64,000 nucleotides of DNA from an uncultured Alphaproteobacteria bacterium (GTDB lineage Bacteria > Pseudomonadota > Alphaproteobacteria > RF32 > CAG-239): the NCBI GenBank assembly GCA_944391345.1, contig CALXTE010000004.1:29275-93274 (forward strand). The letters are read 5' to 3'. The notes beneath the pieces are model-generated. The model was not told the DNA's origin and ran no database searches. It saw nothing but the letters and a program-made list of their open reading frames with translations. The translations under genes were made by a program, and so were the position numbers. Shown here piece by piece: positions 1 through 9,283 of this stretch. How positions within the stretch are numbered: the first letter of the stretch is position 1; each line of letters opens with the position of its first letter.

Positions 1-34
1 AATAATATAAATCTGTGTTCAATGAAAAAAATGC

Positions 35-65
35 TTGACTTAGAGTATCATCTAAATGTTAACCT
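35..65 (+). promoter_or_regulatory. Candidate MerR-type promoter (19-nt spacer) for the AKR-flavodoxin-polyferredoxin-tatAC operon
   Basis: TTGACT (35-40), then a 19-nt spacer carrying the dyad TTAGA-N6-TCTAA (40-55), then TAACCT (60-65). CTTGACTTAGAGTAT (34-48) is identical to 10672-10686. Confidence 0.5.
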
Positions 66-101
66 TATTGGTATGGTGCAGTATTTGAAAGGAATTTGCT
101 T

Positions 102-1340
102 ATGAACAGACGTGAATTTTTGATGTCGACTCTGGCGGCTTTTGCTTTGTCGGCTTTGCCTAAACTGACATTTGCCGAGGCTGTTCCCGCGTCGGAGGCG
201 GTTAAACGTCAGATTAATCCAAATAATAAACTCGGCTTTGGGTTTATGCGGCTGCCGTTGACAAATCCGCAAGATCAAACGTCGATTGACTATAATCAAT
301 TGAACAAAATGGTTGATTTGTTCTTAGAAAGAGGCTTCACCTATTTTGATACGGCCTGGATGTATATGGGGTATGAAAGTGAAATTGCTTTACGCAAATC
401 CCTCGTCGAGCGCCATCCGAGAGATAAATTTACCGTGGCCAGCAAAATGCCTATCGGAATGCTTAAAAGCGCGGAGCAACAAGAAGAGATTTTTAATAAG
501 CAGCTTGAAAAAACCGGTCTTGATTATTTTGATTATTACCTGGTTCATAATGTGAATGCCAATACCATCGGCAATGCACGCAAGTTTGACACCTTTAAGT
601 TTGTTGCCGATAAAAAGAAAGAAGGAAAAATCAAGCATGTCGGATTTTCTTTTCATGATGGGCCGGAATTGTTGGAAGAGGTTTTGAAAGAGCATCCTGA
701 GGTTGAATTTGTGCAGTTGCAAATTAATTATGTTGACTGGGACAATGCCAGCATACAATCTCGTAAATGCTATGAAATTGCGCAGAAATATAATAAACCG
801 GTGATTGTAATGGAGCCGGTTAAAGGCGGTAGCTTGGCTATGGTTCCCGAAAAAGTGGAGAAAATCTTCAAAAACGCCGAGCCGGATATGTCGGTTGCCT
901 CTTGGGCTATTCGTTATGCGGCTAGTCTTGACGGTGTTATTATGGTCTTGAGCGGTATGAGCAATATGGAACAAGTGGAGGATAATACCTCTTATATGCA
1001 AAACTTTAAGCCGTTGTCCGAACAGGAAATGAGAGTGGTCGAAACGGCAGTGAAGACGCTGCATAATGAAATTACCATTCCTTGTACGGCATGCAAATAT
1101 TGTGTGGAAGCTTGTCCGATGAAAATTGCTATTCCGGATTATTTTGCTTTGTATAATGCCGAAAAGCAGGAGCGTAGCGGAAAGCCGTTTAATGCTCAGG
1201 CCATGTATTATGCAAATTTAACCAAAACACATGGAAAAGCGTCTTCTTGTATTGGATGTCGGTTGTGCGAAAAACAATGTCCGCAACATATTGAAATCAG
1301 CAAGTGGATGAAAGAAGTGGCTAAAACTTTTGAAGGGTAG
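102..1340 (+). CDS. Aldo/keto reductase fused to a C-terminal 2x[4Fe-4S] ferredoxin domain, with an N-terminal twin-arginine signal
   Basis: ATG at 102 lies 8 nt after GAAAGGA. The N-terminus [27 protein letters not shown] has the RRxFL Tat motif, a hydrophobic region and an AxA-like site. The body is AKR-like. The C-terminus has [12 protein letters not shown] and [12 protein letters not shown]. Confidence 0.85.
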   Translation: MNRREFLMSTLAAFALSALPKLTFAEAVPASEAVKRQINPNNKLGFGFMRLPLTNPQDQTSIDYNQLNKMVDLFLERGFTYFDTAWMYMGYESEIALRKSLVERHPRDKFTVASKMPIGMLKSAEQQEEIFNKQLEKTGLDYFDYYLVHNVNANTIGNARKFDTFKFVADKKKEGKIKHVGFSFHDGPELLEEVLKEHPEVEFVQLQINYVDWDNASIQSRKCYEIAQKYNKPVIVMEPVKGGSLAMVPEKVEKIFKNAEPDMSVASWAIRYAASLDGVIMVLSGMSNMEQVEDNTSYMQNFKPLSEQEMRVVETAVKTLHNEITIPCTACKYCVEACPMKIAIPDYFALYNAEKQERSGKPFNAQAMYYANLTKTHGKASSCIGCRLCEKQCPQHIEISKWMKEVAKTFEG

Positions 1341-1346
1341 AAAAAT

Positions 1347-1913
1347 ATGAAAAAATTTTTGGTTTTTGTTTGTGGGCTTTTAGCTGGTGGTTTCTCAAGT
1401 GCTTTTGCTCAGGTTAATAATGGAGAAAAAACGATGGCGTCCGAAAATTCTAAAATCTTAATCGCTTATTATTCTTACAGCGGTAATACCAAAGTTGTGG
1501 CAGAGGCTATTCAATCTTATATCGGTGGTGATTTGTTTGAAATAAAGACCGAAGGGGAATATCCCGCGGATTATCACGAAATGACCGTTCAGGCAAGAAA
1601 AGAGATTAAAGACGGATATCGTCCGAAGCTTGTTTCAAAAATTGACAATATCTCTCAATATGATGTTGTGTTTTTAGGGTCACCAAACTGGTGGGGTACA
1701 ATTACGCCGCAAGTCAGCAGCTTTTTGGAAAGTTATAATCTGTCCGGCAAAAAGGTTATCCCGTTTATTACTCATGGCGGCGGTGGTGTGCAAAACACAA
1801 TTTCTGACATGACAAAACAGTGCAAAGACTGTAACATATTCCAAGATGGATGGAATGGTTATGGAAATCGTACATCCGGATTAAAAGAATGGTTGGACGG
1901 TTTGTCATTGTAA
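1347..1913 (+). CDS. Flavodoxin-like protein with a cleavable signal peptide (exported)
   Basis: Signal-like MKKFLVFVCGLLAGGFSSAFA-Q. Flavodoxin signatures ILIAYYSYSGNTK and FLGSPNWWG. The gene starts 6 nt after the AKR stop. Confidence 0.8.
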   Translation: MKKFLVFVCGLLAGGFSSAFAQVNNGEKTMASENSKILIAYYSYSGNTKVVAEAIQSYIGGDLFEIKTEGEYPADYHEMTVQARKEIKDGYRPKLVSKIDNISQYDVVFLGSPNWWGTITPQVSSFLESYNLSGKKVIPFITHGGGGVQNTISDMTKQCKDCNIFQDGWNGYGNRTSGLKEWLDGLSL

Positions 1914-1922
1914 AGGATATTG

Positions 1923-3200
1923 ATGAAAAAATATGGCTATTTTTTGCGGTTGGTGCTGGCTTTAGTTGTCGGTGGTTTATCGGTCTTAGCTTTTGTCAGT
2001 GCTTTTTATCCGGTAAGACTGCTTGATGTTCAATTTACGGCATTAGTGCAGCGTTGCTTGGTGGATTTTTCGGTATTTGCGATTTTGCTCTTTATCGGGC
2101 TTGTTTTGCTGACCGTGCTGTTTGGGCGAATTTATTGTTCCACGCTTTGTCCTTTGGGAATTTATCAAGAAATTTTAATGCTTGTGTTCCACCGCAAAAA
2201 CAGCCTGCATAAAAATCGTTCTTATAAGTATTTTCTGGCGGCCATTGTTTTTGGAGCAATGATTGGCGGAACAGCTTATTTGGTTCGTTTAATTGATCCT
2301 TATACTTTATTTGGCTCTGCGGCTTCGGGTGCGGTTTTTGGCGGCGTCATGTTGGCTTTGCTTGCTGTTCTCGTTTGGTTCAACGGGCGCTGGTTTTGTT
2401 CTAATATTTGTCCGGTGGGAGCGGTTTTAGGGCTGATTTCAAAGTTCAGTCTTAACAAAATTTATATGGAAAGTGACAAGTGCATTTCTTGCGGAAGATG
2501 CGCGTCAAAATGTCCTACCGGTAGTATTGACTTCAAAAATAAAAGCGTTGACAACGAAACTTGTATTAAGTGCTTGAATTGCTTAAGAGGTTGTCCAAAA
2601 GATGCTATTCATTTCGGGGTTAAACCGCAGCCATCTATTGCCTTCAGTCCCATGCGGCGGAAGCTTCTGGTCGGCGGGGCGGTGGTTGCCGTTTTTGCCT
2701 TGGCCGTTAAAAGCGGTATCTCTTTAGGTAAAGCAGTCGCCGAAAAAGTTAAAAAAGTTATTTTGCCGGCAGGTAGTCGTAATCCCGAAGATTTTGCCAA
2801 TCGTTGTCTTAACTGCAATCTTTGTGTGCTGAATTGTCCGATGAAGATTATTAAAAAAGCTGATGCCGATTATCCGGCTGTGCATCTTGATTATACGGAT
2901 AGTTTTTGTGATTATAACTGTCACAAATGTTCGGAAGTTTGCCCCTCCGGTGCCATTAAGAAAATATCACTCGCCGAAAAACAAAAGACACAAATCGGGC
3001 TGGCTCATATTGATGAAGATTATTGTATTAAGTGCGGTTTGTGTGTGCGGAAATGTCCGCGGCAGGCGATTATGAAAGAAGTGGGTGCTTTTCCTATCGT
3101 TCATGACGATATTTGTATTGGGTGCGGCGCTTGTCAGGCGGCTTGTCCGGTTGAGGCTATTAAAATTTTGGCGGTTGAGTCACAACGTGTTTTGAAATAA
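1923..3200 (+). CDS. Membrane polyferredoxin (NapH/MauN-like N-terminal part plus multiple 4Fe-4S domains)
   Basis: Several hydrophobic helices. CSTLCPLG and CSNICPVG motifs sit at helix ends, as in NapH. Six Cys-cluster motifs follow: five CxxCxxCxxxCP ([60 protein letters not shown]) plus a shorter CHKCSEVCP. Confidence 0.8.
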   Translation: MKKYGYFLRLVLALVVGGLSVLAFVSAFYPVRLLDVQFTALVQRCLVDFSVFAILLFIGLVLLTVLFGRIYCSTLCPLGIYQEILMLVFHRKNSLHKNRSYKYFLAAIVFGAMIGGTAYLVRLIDPYTLFGSAASGAVFGGVMLALLAVLVWFNGRWFCSNICPVGAVLGLISKFSLNKIYMESDKCISCGRCASKCPTGSIDFKNKSVDNETCIKCLNCLRGCPKDAIHFGVKPQPSIAFSPMRRKLLVGGAVVAVFALAVKSGISLGKAVAEKVKKVILPAGSRNPEDFANRCLNCNLCVLNCPMKIIKKADADYPAVHLDYTDSFCDYNCHKCSEVCPSGAIKKISLAEKQKTQIGLAHIDEDYCIKCGLCVRKCPRQAIMKEVGAFPIVHDDICIGCGACQAACPVEAIKILAVESQRVLK

Positions 3201-3211
3201 AGGAGAAAACG

Positions 3212-3421
3212 ATGTCATTAGGTTTAACGGAAATTGCTCTTATCTTTGTGGTTATATTGCTTTTGTTTGGCGGAAAGCGCATTCCCGAATTGGCCAAAGC
3301 TCTCGGCAAGGCGCAATATGAGTATAAAAAAGCCAAAGAAGCGTTGCAGAATGAGGCCAAAGATTTGAAAGATACGGTGGAAAAAGCTGCCGAAGCAGAA
3401 GATAAAAAGTCTGAGAAGTAA
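3212..3421 (+). CDS. tatA: Twin-arginine translocase subunit TatA/E
   Basis: [34 protein letters not shown] is the canonical TatA helix-hinge-amphipathic helix. AGGAGA lies upstream. Confidence 0.9.
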   Translation: MSLGLTEIALIFVVILLLFGGKRIPELAKALGKAQYEYKKAKEALQNEAKDLKDTVEKAAEAEDKKSEK

Positions 3422-3424
3422 TTT

Positions 3425-4126
3425 ATGGAAGACAAAGACGAAAGTCTGATAACGCATCTTGAAGCCTTGCGGTCAATACTGATAAGGTGTTTTGTGGCTT
3501 TAGGCATTGGGCTTGTGCCATTGTTTTTGGTTGCGCCTTATGTTATCAATTTTTTGATAAAAGTTCTTATTGGTGAAAATGATGTGTCTTTTAACTATTT
3601 TTCGCCGATGGAAGTTTTTATTTTACAGATAAAAGTGGCGGTTGTTTTAGACTTTTTATGTTGTTTTCCTTATATTGCACGGCAAATATGGCAGTTTATT
3701 TTGCCGGCGTTGTATGACAATGAGCGGAAATTTATAAAATCTATGGTTTTTATCTCTTCTGCTTTGTTCATTATCGGGGTTTTGTTTTGTGTCTTTTTTA
3801 TATTGCCGCTGATTATTTCTTTCGGTATCAGTTTCTCAACACCGGATATAAAGGCGATGTTTGGGATTTCTAATGTCATCAGCTTGTCTTTGTGGTTGGG
3901 AATAGTATTTGGGCTTATGTTTCAGTTTCCGGTCGTGACTTATTCTTTAATTCGGTCAGAAATTGTTTCTTATCAAGCGGTTAAAAGCAAGCGGTCTTAT
4001 GTTTTTGTGGCGATTTTGATTATTGCCGGAATTTTAACGCCGCCGGATATTGTCAGCCAGTTGATGCTCACAATTCCGACTTATTTGTTGTTTGAATTAG
4101 GCTTACGGATGGCAAGGCGTAAGTAA
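3425..4126 (+). CDS. tatC: Twin-arginine translocase subunit TatC
   Basis: 233 aa with six hydrophobic helices. The HLEALRSILIR opening is typical of TatC. The gene starts 3 nt after tatA. Confidence 0.9.
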   Translation: MEDKDESLITHLEALRSILIRCFVALGIGLVPLFLVAPYVINFLIKVLIGENDVSFNYFSPMEVFILQIKVAVVLDFLCCFPYIARQIWQFILPALYDNERKFIKSMVFISSALFIIGVLFCVFFILPLIISFGISFSTPDIKAMFGISNVISLSLWLGIVFGLMFQFPVVTYSLIRSEIVSYQAVKSKRSYVFVAILIIAGILTPPDIVSQLMLTIPTYLLFELGLRMARRK

Positions 4127-4127
4127 A

Positions 4128-4155
4128 AACGCCGCTTTGGAGCGGCGTTATTTTT
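4128..4155 (+). terminator. Rho-independent terminator after tatC
   Basis: AACGCCGCT-TTGG-AGCGGCGTT followed by A and TTTTT. Confidence 0.85.
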
Positions 4156-4558
4156 GTAACAAGAAAACTCGCTCTTTGAACAAAAGCGGGCGGATGTTTG
4201 AAAACCGTATTCTATCAAACGGCTCGGCTTATTTGGCCAAAGCCTTATTCACAGACATCCGTCCGATACAGAAGTCGGCATAATTCTTTTGAGTCGTAAT
4301 GCCTGCGACTATAACTATTTAGGGTTTTTGACGCCCTGAGCATTATTCTTTTAATACCTGAAGACAGGTTATCTTGCTCTATCCTTAAAATCAAGGTAAA
4401 AATCAATTAGAGCTTAATCTCTTTTCATAGAAAAAAAATAAAAGCAAGACGCTTAAAACGTTCTGCTTTTTGGGGATAGAAAATAAATTTGAGTTGCTAT
4501 TATTTTTATAATATTTTTTAATTATCCCTATTAATAGTTTGAAAATATGGGGTAATTT

Positions 4559-5683
4559 ATGAAAATTGTTTTTTGTCTGAAGCAAATGGTTATGGGTGGT
4601 GTTGAAAAGGTTTTATGCCAGTATTTGTCTGAACTCGTTAAATATAAAGGTATAAATTGTACGGTTTTTTGCCAATATAAAATTACGGAGCCTTATTTTA
4701 TTGAGTTTTTCAAAAAAAATAATATTCATTATATTGATGGCGTGTTTTTAAGCAAAAATCGTTTCTTTTTATGTGATTGGGTGCGTAAAATTTATAATAA
4801 ACTTATGCGTTACAGAGTTTCGAAAATTTTAAATCAATATGATGTAATTTTAGATTTTTTTAATTTTTGCAATGCTCGTGAATTAAAGAATGTTAAAAAA
4901 ATTAAAATGGGATGGTATCATAGTAGTAGTATGATGTTTAAGAAAAATGTGAATAAATTTCGATTGAATGAGTATGATAAGGCAATATGTCTTACTGATT
5001 CATGTAAAAAAGATTTCGAAAATGATTATCCCATATATTGTGAAAAAATTATGCGTTTGTATAATCCGATTGATATTAATTTTGTTCGGCAAGAGGCTGA
5101 AAAAGAAAATAAAATCTTTGATGCTGCTGTTCCGTATTTTATTGCGGTTCAAAGGGTGGATGAAGATAAGGATGTGGCAACAGTTATTCGGGCTTTTCAG
5201 CTTTTTTCTGAAAAAAACAAAGATGTTCGGTTATATGTTGTTGGAAACGGTAGAGAATTATCTATGATGAAGGCGCTTGCCAAAGATAATCCTAATATTA
5301 TTTTTACAGGGCAAGTGAATAATGTTTATGGCGGCATTAAAAATGCTCAGGCTCTAATTTTGTCATCAACAACAACTGTCGGAGAAGGGTTGGGGCAGGT
5401 TTTGCTTGAAGCACAAACCGTTGGAACTTTAGCGATTTCTTCTGATGTTAAGTCAGGTCCTGCCGAAATTTTGATGAACGGGGAGGCCGGTGTGCTGTTT
5501 GAACCGCATAATTATCAGCAGCTGGCGCAGATTATGGAAGATGTTATTCAGCATAAAAATAAATATCAATCTAAAATTGATTGTGCTACGCAAAATTTGA
5601 GCCGCTTTGAGGCCAAGTTGATTGTGAGGGATTTGCTTAATCAGATTGCTCTTCTAAAAAAGGAAAAAGAACAAATCCTGTAA
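4559..5683 (+). CDS. Glycosyltransferase, GT4-like (GT-B fold), isolated AT-rich gene
   Basis: 374 aa. The C-terminal half has the GT4-type E-G-x-G pattern (TTVGEGLGQVLLEAQTVGTL). Terminators flank the gene on both sides. Confidence 0.75.
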   Translation: MKIVFCLKQMVMGGVEKVLCQYLSELVKYKGINCTVFCQYKITEPYFIEFFKKNNIHYIDGVFLSKNRFFLCDWVRKIYNKLMRYRVSKILNQYDVILDFFNFCNARELKNVKKIKMGWYHSSSMMFKKNVNKFRLNEYDKAICLTDSCKKDFENDYPIYCEKIMRLYNPIDINFVRQEAEKENKIFDAAVPYFIAVQRVDEDKDVATVIRAFQLFSEKNKDVRLYVVGNGRELSMMKALAKDNPNIIFTGQVNNVYGGIKNAQALILSSTTTVGEGLGQVLLEAQTVGTLAISSDVKSGPAEILMNGEAGVLFEPHNYQQLAQIMEDVIQHKNKYQSKIDCATQNLSRFEAKLIVRDLLNQIALLKKEKEQIL

Positions 5684-5702
5684 TGGGATTTGTTCTTTTT
5701 TT
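5664..5702. terminator. Bidirectional hairpin terminator between the GT4 gene and the 94-aa minus-strand gene
   Basis: AAAAAGAACAAATCC-loop-GGATTTGTTCTTTTT. A-run and T-run flanks allow use on both strands. Confidence 0.8.
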
Positions 5703-5709
5703 GTTTGTT

Positions 5710-5994
5710 TTATCTTTGAGCAAGTCGTCGGCGGACTTCCTCTTCAATCATTTTTTGTCTTTCTTTAGTACCCCATTTCTGGTTCTTTTTAGCAAGCCGA
5801 TTGACGGTGCCAAGGCTTATGTCTGATAAGCCCTGCAAATACTTTTGGTATTCGGCGTCTTCTTTTTCTTTGGCCTTGCGCTGTTTGCGTTTTTCATACC
5901 AGCCGGCAATTAGGTAACCGATATATCCAATCAAGCAAGCTCCCAAGGCAGCTAAGAACAAAATCCCGACAATTGTGTAAAAGTCTTTAATCAT
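5710..5994 (-). CDS. Small membrane-anchored hypothetical protein
   Basis: 94 aa. One N-terminal hydrophobic helix (IVGILFLAALGACLIGYIGYLIAGW) followed by a highly charged helical tail. No motif recognised. Confidence 0.5.
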   Translation of the reverse strand: MIKDFYTIVGILFLAALGACLIGYIGYLIAGWYEKRKQRKAKEKEDAEYQKYLQGLSDISLGTVNRLAKKNQKWGTKERQKMIEEEVRRRLAQR

Positions 5995-6148
5995 AATAGT
6001 ATGTTTTTTATAGGTTAATAATAAAATTGTAGGGAGATGATATTCTATTTTGTTATTTTGTCAATAAGTTTTCTGATTTTATTTTTTTTGAACTTTTTTT
6101 AATTTTTTTTCGTTTATAAGGTTGTATGAGTTAAGTGTTATTGAAAAA

Positions 6149-7339
6149 ATGAAAGTTTTTAAAATGTTTTCGTTTATTTCTAAAAAAGTTTTATTGTTGA
6201 TTTTGTTGGTTTTAGCTTCATTTCCGGCTTATGCTTATTTTTTTAACTCCGGTGATGATGTGTCTTATATTACCGAGACGGTCAAACGGCAAAATATTGA
6301 AAAGGTTGTGAATGCAACCGGTGAGGTTCGAGCGAGCGAATTGGTTACCGTTGGTGCTCAGGCTTCGGGTAAAATCGAAAAGCTTCACGTGATTGTTGGG
6401 CAAAATGTTAAAAAAGGTGATTTAATTGCCGAGATTGATTCGACTACCCAGCAAAATGATGTTGAAATCAATAAATCACGCCTTAGCAGTTATCAGGCAC
6501 AACTTAATGCGGCTAAAGTTTCTCTTGATGTGGCAAAAAAACAATATGACCGTATGACGGCTTTGAAAAAGAAAAATGCCGCTTCGGTCGAAGATTTAGA
6601 AAATGCTCAAGATGCTTATGAAAGCGCAAAATCTCGGGTGACCGAACTTGAAGCTAATATCAAAGAAACCGAAATTTCTTTAAGTACGGCAGAGACAAAT
6701 TTGGGCTATACCAAAATTACGGCACCGCTTGACGGAACTATTGTGTCGGTTCCGGTTAAGGAAGGGCAGACGGTGAACGCCGCCATGAATACGCCGACTA
6801 TCGTCCAGATTGCCGATTTGAGCCAAATGGAAATTCTTATTGAAATTTCAGAAGGTGATATTGCCAATATTAAACCCGGTGTTAAGGTGACTTATTCGGT
6901 CTTGGCTAATCTAAATTCTTCTTTTGAAACAACCCTAAAATCCATCGATCCAGGATTGACCTTATTAACAAATGGCGAATATACCGAGGTTGTGGGCTCC
7001 AGTGAAGCAATTTATTATTACGGGCGCTTAAATGTGCCTAATCCCGACGGGTTGCTCCGTATCGGTATGACAACGCAAAATGTGATTTATGTCGATAGTG
7101 CAGAAAATGTTTTGACGGTTCCGGTAACTGCCGTTAAACATGAAGGAAATGAAAAATATGTTGAAATCTTGACGCAAAACGGTGCGCTTAAACGCGTTAT
7201 CGAGACCGGTGTTTCTGATGGTTTGAACATTGAAGTTAAAAGCGGGCTTAATGAAGGGGACAAAGTTATTATTGCCAAGATGTCTTCTTCTGAAATTTCT
7301 GACAAAGCGACCAGTATGAAAGGTCCTGGGAGATTCTAG
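6149..7339 (+). CDS. macA: Efflux pump periplasmic adaptor, HlyD/MacA family
   Basis: N-terminal anchor, a long coiled-coil segment and a beta-barrel region. It lies immediately upstream of a MacB-type ABC gene. The start was chosen at the first ATG; the ORF opens at TTG 6122. Confidence 0.85.
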   Translation: MKVFKMFSFISKKVLLLILLVLASFPAYAYFFNSGDDVSYITETVKRQNIEKVVNATGEVRASELVTVGAQASGKIEKLHVIVGQNVKKGDLIAEIDSTTQQNDVEINKSRLSSYQAQLNAAKVSLDVAKKQYDRMTALKKKNAASVEDLENAQDAYESAKSRVTELEANIKETEISLSTAETNLGYTKITAPLDGTIVSVPVKEGQTVNAAMNTPTIVQIADLSQMEILIEISEGDIANIKPGVKVTYSVLANLNSSFETTLKSIDPGLTLLTNGEYTEVVGSSEAIYYYGRLNVPNPDGLLRIGMTTQNVIYVDSAENVLTVPVTAVKHEGNEKYVEILTQNGALKRVIETGVSDGLNIEVKSGLNEGDKVIIAKMSSSEISDKATSMKGPGRF

Positions 7340-7341
7340 CC

Positions 7342-9282
7342 ATGGAAATTTTGGAACTGCGCAATATTAATAAATTTTACGGACATGAAAAAAATCGGGT
7401 CCATGTTCTGAAAAACATCAATTTATCAATTGAAAAGGGCGACTTCGTGGCCATAATCGGGCAGTCCGGCTCCGGAAAATCAACCCTGATGAATATTATC
7501 GGCTGTTTGGATACGCCGACCTCCGGCTCTTATAAAATCAACAATACCGAAGTCGGAAAAATGTCGCGTAATCAGCTGGCCGAGTTACGTTGTAAGACTT
7601 TTGGCTTTATTTTTCAACGCTACAATTTATTAAGCAGTCTTAATGCTCGTGAAAATGCCGCTCTGCCGGCAATTTATCTCGGAATGGGTGAGGGCGAGCG
7701 CAACAGTCGCGCTGTTGAACTTTTGAAAAAGCTTGAGCTTTCAACCAAGCTGGGAAACAAGCCAAACGAGTTGTCCGGTGGTCAGCAACAACGCGTTAGT
7801 ATTGCTCGTGCTTTGATGAACGGTGGTGAAATTATTTTGGCCGATGAGCCAACCGGTGCGCTTGATTCTAAAAGCGGTGAAATGGTGATGGAAATTATTA
7901 AAAGCCTGCATAAACAAGGGCACACAATCATTCTTGTTACCCATGACAGCAAAATTGCCGCGCAGGCCAGCCGCATTATTGAAATTAAAGATGGCGAAAT
8001 TGTTTCTGACGAACGAAAAGCTTCGGAATTTTATGAAATTGAAAATAGCGTACCTGAGGTGAAGAAAAGCAAGCTCGATATTTTTAAGTATCGTTTTGCC
8101 GAATCTTTTTCGATGTCTATTCATGCCATATTGGCTAACAAAATGCGATCCTTGTTGACGATGCTCGGTATTATTATCGGTATTGCGTCCGTTGTGTCGG
8201 TGGTGGCGCTTGGTAATGCATCTCAGGCCAAAATTATGGAGCAGATTAATTCTATGGGAACCAATACCATTGATATTATGCCCGGTACCGGTTTTGGTGA
8301 TATGCGTTCGGGAAAAGTTAAAACCCTTAAGGTCAGTGATTCGGACTATCTTAGTCGTCAAGGATTTATTGATAACTCAACCCCGAGTGTTTCGGCCAGC
8401 GGTACTCTTGTTTATGCTAATACCTCTGCAACGGCGCAGCTTAAAGGCGTTGGCTCTTCCTTCTTTGAAGTTAAAGGCAAAAAAATTGCTCTCGGACGCA
8501 TTTTTACCCAAGATGAGGTCAATAATATTGCGTCAGTCGCGGTGATTGATCATAACACCTTAGAAGAAATTTTTTCGGACAACCCAAATCCTATTGGCGA
8601 AATTATTATCTTTAACAAAAAACCTTTGCGGGTTATCGGTGTGACCGAAGAAGAAAATAATGCCGGTCCGAATTCTGATTCAATGAATATTTGGGTGCCT
8701 TATACCACGGCTATGTATAAAATTAACGGAAGCACGGACATTAACTCGATTACGGTTAAAATTTCGGATAGTGTTAATTCTCAAGTTGCCGAGGAGAGTA
8801 TTGAGAATATTTTGATCTCTCTTCACGGGCAGAAAGACTTTTTTATGATTAACAGCGACAGTATTAAGCAAACGGTTGAGAGCGCAACCAATACCATGAA
8901 GCTCTTAATCGCCAGTATTGCCGTTATTTCTCTTGTGGTCGGTGGTATCGGTGTGATGAATATTATGCTGGTTTCGGTTACCGAGCGCACCAAAGAAATC
9001 GGCATTCGTATGGCAATCGGTGCTAAGCAAGAAGATATTTTACAACAATTTTTGATTGAGGCGATTTTAATCTGTCTGGTCGGCGGTTTTATGGGCGTTG
9101 CTTTATCTATGCTTATCGGCTTGGGCTTTAACACTTTTTCAGAAGATTTCGGAATGATTTTTTCAACCGCATCTATCGTATTGGCTTTGGTTTGTTCTTC
9201 GGCTATCGGTATCATCTTTGGATATATGCCGGCGAAAAACGCTTCTAACCTTAACCCGATTGATGCTTTGGCGAGTGAATAA
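7342..9282 (+). CDS. macB: MacB-type ABC transporter (fused ATPase and FtsX-like permease)
   Basis: Walker A GQSGSGKST, signature LSGGQQQR, Walker B ILADEPT. 646 aa with a C-terminal 4-TM FtsX-like domain and a large periplasmic loop. Confidence 0.92.
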   Translation: MEILELRNINKFYGHEKNRVHVLKNINLSIEKGDFVAIIGQSGSGKSTLMNIIGCLDTPTSGSYKINNTEVGKMSRNQLAELRCKTFGFIFQRYNLLSSLNARENAALPAIYLGMGEGERNSRAVELLKKLELSTKLGNKPNELSGGQQQRVSIARALMNGGEIILADEPTGALDSKSGEMVMEIIKSLHKQGHTIILVTHDSKIAAQASRIIEIKDGEIVSDERKASEFYEIENSVPEVKKSKLDIFKYRFAESFSMSIHAILANKMRSLLTMLGIIIGIASVVSVVALGNASQAKIMEQINSMGTNTIDIMPGTGFGDMRSGKVKTLKVSDSDYLSRQGFIDNSTPSVSASGTLVYANTSATAQLKGVGSSFFEVKGKKIALGRIFTQDEVNNIASVAVIDHNTLEEIFSDNPNPIGEIIIFNKKPLRVIGVTEEENNAGPNSDSMNIWVPYTTAMYKINGSTDINSITVKISDSVNSQVAEESIENILISLHGQKDFFMINSDSIKQTVESATNTMKLLIASIAVISLVVGGIGVMNIMLVSVTERTKEIGIRMAIGAKQEDILQQFLIEAILICLVGGFMGVALSMLIGLGFNTFSEDFGMIFSTASIVLALVCSSAIGIIFGYMPAKNASNLNPIDALASE

Positions 9283-9283
9283 C

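Noticed and set aside
390-1064. Long antisense or alternative-frame ORFs inside well-supported genes. Examples: 390-1064(-), 7741-8361(-), 8823-9215(-), 33944-34426(-), 39542-40288(-), 55381-55761(-), 57027-57782(-), 25880-26302(-).
   Set aside because: Each lies wholly inside a gene with strong family motifs on the other strand or frame. Their translations are low-complexity, rich in Arg, Ile and Phe, and have no motifs. They are typical shadow ORFs.
4236-4283. Short frame GCC AAA GCC ... GCA TAA, considered as a tmRNA tag or two-piece alphaproteobacterial ssrA.
   Set aside because: The peptide AKALFTDIRPIQKSA lacks the ANDN... start and the hydrophobic AA/LAA end. There is no T-arm-like GGTTCGA or acceptor CCA nearby.
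4318-4385. TPP-riboswitch-like fragments (CCCTGAGC ... ACCTGAAG ... CAGGTTATC).
   Set aside because: It lacks the conserved CUGAGA plus ACCC pairing and the pyrophosphate-sensor helix. The downstream gene is a glycosyltransferase, not a thiamine gene.
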